A stretch of DNA of 64,000 bases, taken from Macrostomum lignano (lineage: Eukaryota). Position numbers and translations under genes: made by a program. The notes beneath the pieces are model-generated. The model made no database searches. It was not told the origin of the DNA and worked only from the letters and a program-made list of their open reading frames with translations. Where the stretch lies: contig NIVC01001573.1 of NCBI GenBank assembly GCA_002269645.1, forward strand, positions 1 through 64,000, read 5' to 3'. Shown here piece after piece: positions 1 to 9,700 of the stretch (positions within the stretch are counted from its first letter, which is position 1; every line of letters begins with the position of its first letter).

Positions 1-705
1 GATGGGGTTTGGATTGATGATTCTGGGTTTGGGATTGATGATTCTGGGTTTGCGGATTGATGATTCTGGGGTTTGGGATTGATGATTCTGGGGTTTGGGA
101 TTGATGATTCTGGGGTTCGGATTGATGATCTGGGTTTGGGATTGATAAATTTGGGGTTTGGGATTGATGATTCTAGGGGTTTGGGATTGATGATTCTGGG
201 TTTGGATTGATGATTCTGGGGTTTGGGGATTGATGATTTTCGGGTTTGGGATTGATGATTCAGGTGGTTTGGGATTGATGATTCTGGGGTTTCGGATTGA
301 TGATTCTGGGGTTTGGATTGATGATTCTGGGGTTTCGGATTGATGATTCTGGGGTTGGAATTGATGATTCTGGGGTTTCGGATTGATGATTCTGGGTTTC
401 GGATTGATGATTCTGGGGTTTCGGATTGATGATTCTGGGGTTTGGGATTGATGATTCTGGGTTTGGGATAGATGATTTTGGGTTTCAGGATTGATGATTC
501 TGGGGGTTTGGGATTGATGATTTGGGGTTTGGGATTGATGATTCTGGCGGTTTGGAATTGATGATTCTGGGGTTTGGATTGATTGATTCAGTGGTTTGGG
601 ATTGATGATTCTGGGTTTGGGATTGATGATTCAGTGGTTTGGGATTGATGATTCTGGGGTTTAGGATGGATGATTTTGGGATTTTGAATTGATGAATTTG
701 GGATT
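1..705. repeat. About 22-bp minisatellite (GGATTGATGATTCTGGGGTTT), ADAM intron
   Basis: Tandem copies read directly. Confidence 0.95.
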
Positions 706-736
706 TACCACCTCCCCATCTCGATCCCTAGCTCAC

Positions 737-3700
737 TCGTGACTGCAGCCGGTGTAGTTGTACGCGAGCGGGCTGATCCCCGGTCATGCTGTAGTCGCAG
801 TAGCCCAGCTGCGATGCCTGAGTGGTGGCCTCGGAATAAAAGGCCGGGGCGGCCCGAAAATCCGAGGCGTTGAACATCATGGAGCAGCGGGTGTTGCGGT
901 CCGAGCACCGGCCGTTGAAGCAGTAGGCCTTGAGGGTCAGTGGTCAACTGCGGTTCTTGAGTCAAAGGCCCATGATTCAGAGGGTCACAGATTTGTTTAC
1001 TGATTAACCATAGGGTTAAGGAATGATTGAGTCAATGGGTCATTGGATCAACAGTGAGTCAATGGGTCAATGGGTCCAATGGGTCATTGGGTCATTGGGT
1101 CATGTGGGTCAATGGGTCATTGGTCAATGGGTCAGTGGGTCATTGAGTCATTTGGTCATTGGTCCCAATATCTCCTCACCTGTCCGTTGAGGCACTCTGA
1201 TCCGTCAATCATGAAGTCATCAAATTCCGGGCACCATTCGCTGGTCCCGTTACAGTACTCCTCAAGGTCGCAGGCTCGCTTCCTTGGCCGACATACGACG
1301 CCCTGCGACTTCAGGCTGCAGGTGGTGAGGTTGCAGCACTGGCCTGAGGCGCAGGCGGCCCCGCTGGCCAATTTGCAGGTGCTGGGGTTGCAACAGGTGT
1401 TGTTGCACCACTGCGGAGCGTGAGATGAGCTATGAAATTTCATCATACACATACCCCATTCCATTATCCGATATCCCATTCGTATAATATCCCTATCCTA
1501 CGATATCCCATTCCTATAATATCCCTATCCTACAATATCTCTATCCTACAATATCCCTATCCTACAATATCCCTAACTACTAAGCAACGGCAGATGGCGC
1601 GATTTTGGAGGTGAGGTGGGTGTCAACCCTCCTCGCCTCTCATTGGCTGGCGCCCCGATCACTAGGTGATCGATACCCGTATCGATATCGGCGCTCGGCG
1701 CGCGCGCGCCGCAGGCGCGTGGCGCCAAGCGCCGTCCAGCCGCAGGCGACCCTCCCAGCCACCGGCGACCCTCCCCAGCCGCAGGCGCACCTACCGATAT
1801 GTATGCCCACCCTACCGATATGTACCCGATATGTACACCCTCCCGAGCCGCAGGCGCACCCTCCCGAGCCGTAGGCGCCCATGCCGCAGACGCCCATGCC
1901 GCAGACGCCCATGCCGCAGACGCCCATGCCGCAGGCACCCCGAGTGTACACTCTACCGAGCCGCAGGCACCCCGAGTGTACACTCTACCGAGCCGCAGGC
2001 ACCCGAGTGTACACTCTACCGATATGTACACTCTACCACTCTCCCGATATGTAGTCAACGATATTAGGCTAGTGAAAACTACTTATAGTAGGTGAAATTG
2101 AGTATATTTACATAAAAATGTAGATAAAACATATTGGTAGGTGAATAATGACGCATATTGCATATTAAAATGTACATATTGGAGCATATGAGCAGCAAAA
2201 ACACACAATGTAGGTGTATGGGCAGAAATAGACAAAGCAGGTACTGTAGGCGCTACATAGGTGGAAATACACACAGCAGGTTTACAAAGTGTACTTTCGA
2301 TACATATCGGATTAATGTATAAAGCAGGTTTACAAGGCATGCATAAGGTGTAGTTGTATAATACAGGCACGCATGTATAATCAGATTATAGGCAAACGCC
2401 CAGGTGCAACAGACGCGTAAATAATGTCACACCGACTAAAGAGTAAATATTGTCTAACCCGCAGGTGCATAAAAATTTTAAACAAAAGCGGTTCGGGGAA
2501 ATCCCAAAAGGGGGTTCACGGCCTAATGACCCGATATACTTTCAACACAATTAAACCCACAAGTGGGCTAGAAAAATGGACGTATTTCGATTGCGCTATC
2601 AGTACGCTAATCAGCGCAGCAAGTTCATGTCAGGAGTTCTACTCCAAGAGGCGGACCGCTGGGCCACAAACCGCCCCGAGGGAATAGGTGTCAAATGGGA
2701 GTTTTAACACTTGAGGGGATCCCGCTCAATGTACAGTGGAGGTGCCAAATGAGTAAGGACCCCTAAGTACAGTGCGGGCGTAAAACCATTTTCATCCCCA
2801 CGAGTCAAGGGATCCCAAGTGGGCACATAGGGGAATCCCAGGCGTGCAAAGACAGATCCTTATCTTTCACTCACTCCCGAAAGCCATACGGGCGGCTAGC
2901 GGCCCCATACACCCTCTTAGTCATTACGCGCTGGAAAGTCTTGTCCATCTCGAGGGTCCGGATTGTACAGCTAGCCTTATCGCGCCTGAACTGGGCCTGG
3001 GGCAGGCGTACAGAGCCCCGTGGCGCAGAATTTCCTGCAGCTCGTCCTCGCGCTCGGAAATCTCGGGGGTGACTCTGATGCCCTTGCACTTGAGCACCGA
3101 GTACAGCGACCTGTCGGGCTTCTCCACCACGTACCGGTAGAGCTTGGGGCCTCCCGTGGTGAACTGTACCATGCGGCAGCCAGCAGGTACCTCGTCAGTC
3201 CACTGCCCCAAACTCGAACCGCCCGGAGGCTCGTACTCGCCCGGGAGCAGCGGTATACACCCTGGGAGAGGAGGAGAATAAAGTGTTAAGGGGAGAAAGA
3301 GAGACAGAGACAGTGAAAAAATTACTTACGAATCAGTATCGGCGTAAATGACTCGGGTTCCTAGCCCTCCAGAGCCTCGTAGAGTCGCAGCCGGGCGTGG
3401 GAGGTGGTGAAAACGCCAATAGGTACATTAGCGTACTTGAACGCCCGCTCGCCAGCACCGCCAAATCGGGGCTTGTACTCGAGCATCATGAAGCTCTCCC
3501 CAATTGGCTCGCACGACTTGACCTTGATCGAGGGGTCGGTCAGGCGCTGCAGCCACGCCTCGTAGCTGTCCACAATCTCTGTGGAGGTCAGGTCGTCGCG
3601 CTGGCAGAATTTGCCCCAGAGCCTGCAGGGAAAAATAAATTTTTTTTGTAAGTAGAAAAACACGGCCCCACTGCAAGTAGAAAAAACTTACGAGTTTAGA

Positions 3701-6700
3701 AAAATCTTGGCCACAAAGCGCAAGCCAGGATTCTCCTCCACCTTTTCCAGCCGGACGCCTTCGCGCTCGAAAAAGCTGGCCATGTAGGCAGCCTTGGCGT
3801 CCTCAGCCATCCCCGGCGAACCGCTAGACTCGGCTTTGAGCTTCAAAAAAGTGTTTACATAATCTGCAAACAGGCCCGTGCGAGTCTCGGTCCAATAGGC
3901 CAGGGCATGAACTGACTGCAGCTTGTAACCCAACTGCAGGGCCTTGTGGAGCTCTGGGGTCGACCACGTGCCGCGGAGCATTCTCTCAGCGTCAGTGTGT
4001 GTACACTCGCTGCTGCACTGGGTCTCCATGCAGACGCGGCAGAGGCCGAAAACCAACTTCTTGTTAATCTTGGCGGGCAGTAGCGGGATGTGGAGATTGG
4101 TTGGCGGCAGAATCGACACCTCGGCGATGCCAAAATACCGGGCCAGCTGCAGCTCATCCAGTAGATGAGGCTCGGGGTGGTGTACCGGGTGCCCGACCGG
4201 GTACTTGTCAAACTTGTTGACAGTCGGGTAGAGCGACACCTAGGGGATAAGGATAAGATAAACTCAAACGCATGTCAACTGTGTGTGTACAAGTGTACAA
4301 ACTTACCACATCCCGATAGCGCAGCTCTACAGTCTCGGTGGCCTCGGCGTGCGGGACAAAAGCCTCGGTACGGCCGCCAAACAGGGCATCCTCCAGGCGA
4401 ATAGGCTGCTGGACTGGCGCTCCCTCGTCCTGATAGTCGTGCTCCCACAGAACACGCACATTGTATGCAGTGGAGAGCAACCGGGTGAAGCGCTCAGTCT
4501 CCTCATAAATCGCCCGCATTGGCTGGTTCTTGAGCGGGTGCAGCACGTCGCCGTTGGGGAAGCACTTGGGACAGCCATGGAAGAAGCAGCCATGAAACTG
4601 CAGCACTGTCCTGGTCTCTGGGTCGAAGCCGTCGACCTTACGGCCCATGGCGAAAGCCTCGCCGCCCGAGTCCGCTGTCCGCAACCGGCCGCCAAACTCG
4701 GTTGCATTCAAATGTGCCAGCCAGCACCGCGCCTTGTGCGACTGTACATCGGACCGGCGGGAAATCACCCCAAGAGTGTTGGGCTCCATAAACTTGGTGG
4801 TGAATACCGACATGGCCAAGCCCGCAATGGTGTTGGATTGAACAAATGCGTCCAGTCCGCAAATGTCCTTAATCAGGCGGGCATATTTCAGGCAGCCTTC
4901 CCGCAAAATTAACGTGTCCTGCAGGCAATAGTCCAGGTACTCCTTATTAAAATTAAACACCTGTCCCTCCTGCTTGGCCAGCCAGTCGGCGATGGAGTCA
5001 TGCTGCTTATTTTCTTTCCTCCATACATATCAATTGAGCAGTAGGGACCGACGTACCCCCAATTTTGAGGCTGGTTAAACACGTGCGGGAAATCTCCTTT
5101 GGTCAGTTGGGTGCCCAAACCAAGCGCCTTTGGGAATTGCGCCAGACCAATAGGGATGAAATTGAGGCTGTCCTTGAAGGTGATCTTGTCGCACTTCATA
5201 TACATTAGGCGGCTGTTCTGGAAGATCACTTGCGGCTTCTTCTTGGCCAGTCCGTTGAGTAGGGCGCCGAGCAGGAGGAATGCGTCATACGCAGAGCCAT
5301 TGTGCGCAATAGCAATTGCCCCCTGCTTGAACACACTAGTCAGCCAGCAGTAAAATGCATCGATAGAGTGCGGCCCGACAGATACAAACTCTCGCATCCC
5401 ACAGGCACAGTCATTGTGCGAGACACAGCTCGTGAAATCCAGTGCCAAATCGCGTCCCGCAATGCAATTGGCTGAGCTGTGTAGTCCCCCGCACACGCTG
5501 CAGCGGGGCCTGGGGAAGAGTTTGGGACACGCCTCGCAGGAGGTGGCAGCCGTAACCAAGTGTACCCGGTGCTGCTTGCCAGAGTCCACGTACGTCTCGA
5601 AATCATAGTAAACATACGGGGCGCTAGACTCTTTGGCTTTGGGCGGGGTGACAAAGCACTCGTGGGTGGCAGTTTCGTCGTACTGCTTGCAGACTGGGCA
5701 CTTGGCATAACCACACTGATGCTCAGGGGGCTGGCCTACTTTTAGTTCTTCTAGATAGCCACACGTGCCGCAAACGTGGACCGAATCACAGCGCGATCTG
5801 CCGCCTTATTCTTGCGCTTGTGATTTTCTAGGCACTGAGCATTATAGCAATTTAGCCCGCAATCATGGCATCTTACATATGCGCGGTTTGCCTTACAGTT
5901 GGAGCCCGGAGTCTTGCATGTACTGCAGGCATCAGCGCACTTGTGCTCGGCGTTGGCGCAGTCGTAGGCCATCTCGCACTTGGGCAGTAGTGATCAGAGC
6001 CGAAAAACGCAGGCAGCTTGGTGACCACATTAAAGTGCTGCTCGACCAGGTGCAGGTGCAGAATCTCGGTGCCAGGCAGGTTGAAGATGCACCTGTTGGC
6101 CTCCTCTGCCGTACACGCGTACACCAAAATCGCGCCCGGATGCAGCCGGTTCAGGGCACGGATCGCTTCGGGCAGTGCATCCAACCCGAAAGGACCAGCC
6201 TGCGAGACGGTTTGAAGAGTCTGTGTGGAGGGTAAAATATTTCTTTTAGTATTCCCTGATACTGTGTAAAAAATCTTATCAGAAAATATATCTTTTAGTA
6301 TTCCACGATACTGTGTAAAAATTATTATCAGAAAATTTTAGTATTCCACGACTGTGTAAAAATTCTTATCAGAAAAATACTAGAAACTTACCGTGTAGAG
6401 GCCAGCTTCGATTTGTAGCTCAGCCACCAGCTTAGTCTGCGTGGGCGAATTGGCCTTGATTGTGTGCCACACCCGCTTGGTGATGGACTTGGCCACGAAT
6501 TGCAGGTAGGCGCAGGCCACGACCAGAGCGCGCAGCAGGCATCTCTTGTCCGAGTTGGTGATGCGGACATAGTGCTTGGAGAAGGCGTGCCGCTCTTCTA
6601 GATGCTTGTTCTCGAGAGCACATCCACCTCGAGGTACCCAGGCTTTTAGCAGACGGATAGAAAAGTTGCTCGACAGTACGCTTGCGTCTGACTGCACAAT

Positions 6701-9700
6701 CTTGTCAATGTGCTTAAACAACAATTCAGCCGTCATGCGGGCTGCACGCACCGGGGGAGTGTGGGCCGCTTTGAGCATATTGTCGCTCTCGAATTTCGCG
6801 GCCATAAAGTCATCACCAGCCAAATCTTGCTTGAAAACTTCGAGCATGTCAGCAAACACCTCCCGCAAATCTTCGGTGTTGGTAATATGCACCACATACT
6901 CGACACCCTTTGCCCTAAACTTGGGCAGGTCACGCTGATTATCCAGCCGGCCGTAAAACCTGCATGGGGGAATGGGGGAGTGTGAGTCAGCTAGGGTCTG
7001 TGTGGGAAATGGGGGGCGGATAACTCACCCGGTCCGGTAACAGATTCCGGCTGTGTTGGCGGGACAAACGCGTCTGAAAAAACACAAGGAGATAAAAAAC
7101 CAGAAGAATCTGTCATTTTCCTGGCCCCAGCGTGTTTCCCCGCCCTAGCCCCAGTAATTTCTTAACAGAGTTTACTCTGCTGTCCCCGCAGCAACTCTCT
7201 GCAATTTCTTATCTGCACCCCCGCTGCAGCCTGTCGCAGCAGTCTTTGTTTACTCACCCCTGCAACTCTCTGTCGCAGCAATTTGCACCTAGCTGCAGCC
7301 TGTCTGGGTAGCGCCCTATCTGCAGCCCCAGTCTGTCCCAGCAACTCTCTGCCCCACCTGGCTGTAACTTGTCTAGCCTGCCCCAACGATTCTGCAGCAA
7401 TTTCTTATCTGCCGCAGCACCCTAGCAACTGTCTGTTTTTGCAGCAATTTCTTATCAGCACACCCCTCCCTGTCTAGACAACCCCCCCACCCCAGTCTTT
7501 GTTTACTCACCCCTGCAACTCTCTGTCGCAGCAATTTGCACCCCAGCTGCAGCCTGTCTGGACAACACCCCCCTAGCAGCAATTTCTTATCAGCACACAC
7601 CCGGCTGAAACTTGTCTAGCCCTCCCCTGCAACTCTCTGTTACAGACCCTGCCGCAGCACCCCACCCTAGCAACTCCAGTCTAGACCCCTGCAGCTGTCG
7701 CAGCAGTCTTTGTTGTTTACTCTGCGGTCCCACAGACCCTGCAGCTGCTGCTGCTGCTCAGCCCCTACCCCCACCCTAGCAACTACAGTCTAGACAGAAA
7801 TTAATTAAAACTTACCATAAAGACGTTGCCTCTTGTCAGCCAGAAAGCAGTTGCTGCGGCGCTGCGTTTAGCCATTTTGCAAACAGAGAGCGTGAGAGAG
7901 CGGAGAGAGAAGGATTTATCTCTCTACCCTGGCTCTGGGGGTCTGTATATATACTAAAAAATCTGCTCAGCTCGCCTGTTATTGGATAAATCGCCAAAAA
8001 CCAACCAAAATCATCAAAAATCACCCCAAAATCATCACCCACCCCACCCTCCACCCGGGGTATATAAGGCGCTGCACGGCTGTCAGAGAGCTCTCTGCTG
8101 CTGCTGCTGCTAAATCATGTCTTCTATCTCTCTATACGAAAACTTTGTGGCGCGGAAGCCCACATTTGAAACTGAACACAACTTGATTGAAATTCGGCGT
8201 CTCTACACCAACGAGGCCGGAGTGTGGAAGGACGGCTTCCCTGCAATCTACTTGGCCGAGCCAGAGTGGAAGAAGCTCGAAGCTGCGCGCCCTGACCTGG
8301 AGGCTGCTGCCCGCCTTCACGTGAACAAGCGGGTCCTGTTGGGCAATTTCAAGGCAGTTGAAGCTTCGCGAGGGAGGATCCGTTTGCTGCGCAATTGGCT
8401 CAATCAGGACCCAAAGTTTAATTGGCGCTACACGATCGAATTCACGCCTGAACTGTGGCGCCGGATGTTTGCCGCCCGTTTGGACAAGCTCTTCAAGCCG
8501 GCACCTGAGGCACCCCCTCCAGCCAAGCGAGTCAAGACAGACACGCCTCCGGTAGCCGGGACTGAGGTGGATGTTCTTCAGCTCATGGGTCTCAAACCCT
8601 ACCAATCTCCACCCTGGGAAAATCTGTTTAACGAGGGTTGGGACTGCTAGTTTCCTATTGGTTCGCACCGCCTCACTCGATCCGTCTATATAATTAGTGT
8701 TTCCCCCTCTCCAGAGAGTCAAACCCTATCTCAGCTCTAATACTTTACTCTCTGTTGATTCTAGCATGTCCCGTCGAGCTCTATCCAACCTCTGGGATAA
8801 TAATCGCCCGACTGAAGAGTTAACCAGCCTCGACGGGGATATCCCTGAACACATAGTTCCCCTAGGCACTGAAAACAACGGAAGTGATAATTGGGAGGCT
8901 GATCAATATCTAGCTTGGGCTATGTCCTATGATAGCGACACCGAGTCTGAAGTTTTTGACCTCCCGCTGCTGGCTATCGGCGGGGTTGTGAACGGTGCCC
9001 CTGCTGCTACTGCCTCCGATTTGACTACCGCCTCAGCCGCCCTCTTTGACGTCTCTGTTGAGGAGCTGACCACAACCGGCCCTGCCTCTGCTGCGCCCGT
9101 CTCTGCTGCTGCCGCCTCTACTACGCCCGTCTCTGCTGCTGCTTCAACTACCTCCCACCGGGCCTCAATATCATCAGCCGCTACGCTCCTTCTCTTCGAC
9201 GACGAGGACGAGGATATGTCTGAGGAGATCGCCGTGGTTCGTGAGCGCTTTCCTCGCATTGTGGCCTCATTTTTCCGCGGGGACATTGACTGGCTGAGGT
9301 CTCGGCATCCTGGCGGGCTGCCCTCCCAAGCTACCTTTGTCAGAGCCTTTAATCGGGTTCTTGATACTTTGGTTGCGAGGGGTGCCGGCCTACGGGAGGT
9401 GTTGGAGGCTGAGACTCTGCACCAGGACTGGTTGATGGGGCGCAATTCGTATGCCCCCGACTCTGAGGCGTACCTGGCCGGTCCGGGAGCGCGGCCAACT
9501 GCGTGGGATGAGCCCGTCGCATGGCCCTCCAACTGGGAGGAGCACCTTTCGTTGGTGCGCTATACAGCGTCTCTACGTCTGTGGCGGCTGGAGGACGATT
9601 TAGATTTGGTAAGATATTACATTATATACACAACTCATCTAATCATATACCTTGCATATATTCTATCTACATTGACTGTTATAATTTCCACATTGCCAGT

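Noticed and set aside
1-705. Telomere-like GGGGTTT at the window start
   Set aside because: It is part of a 22-bp unit inside an ADAM intron, not a pure telomeric hexamer run.
2424-2687. ORF containing NKSGSGKS, resembling the Walker A motif of a packaging ATPase
   Set aside because: It lacks the first Gly of GxxxxGKS and any Walker B, starts inside the TIR, and the mirrored TIR copy differs in frame. Treated as chance.
8132-9532. Antisense ORFs (8132-8722, 8927-9532) in the element and similar shadows over host exons
   Set aside because: Shadow frames of GC-rich coding sequence with no promoter or motif support.
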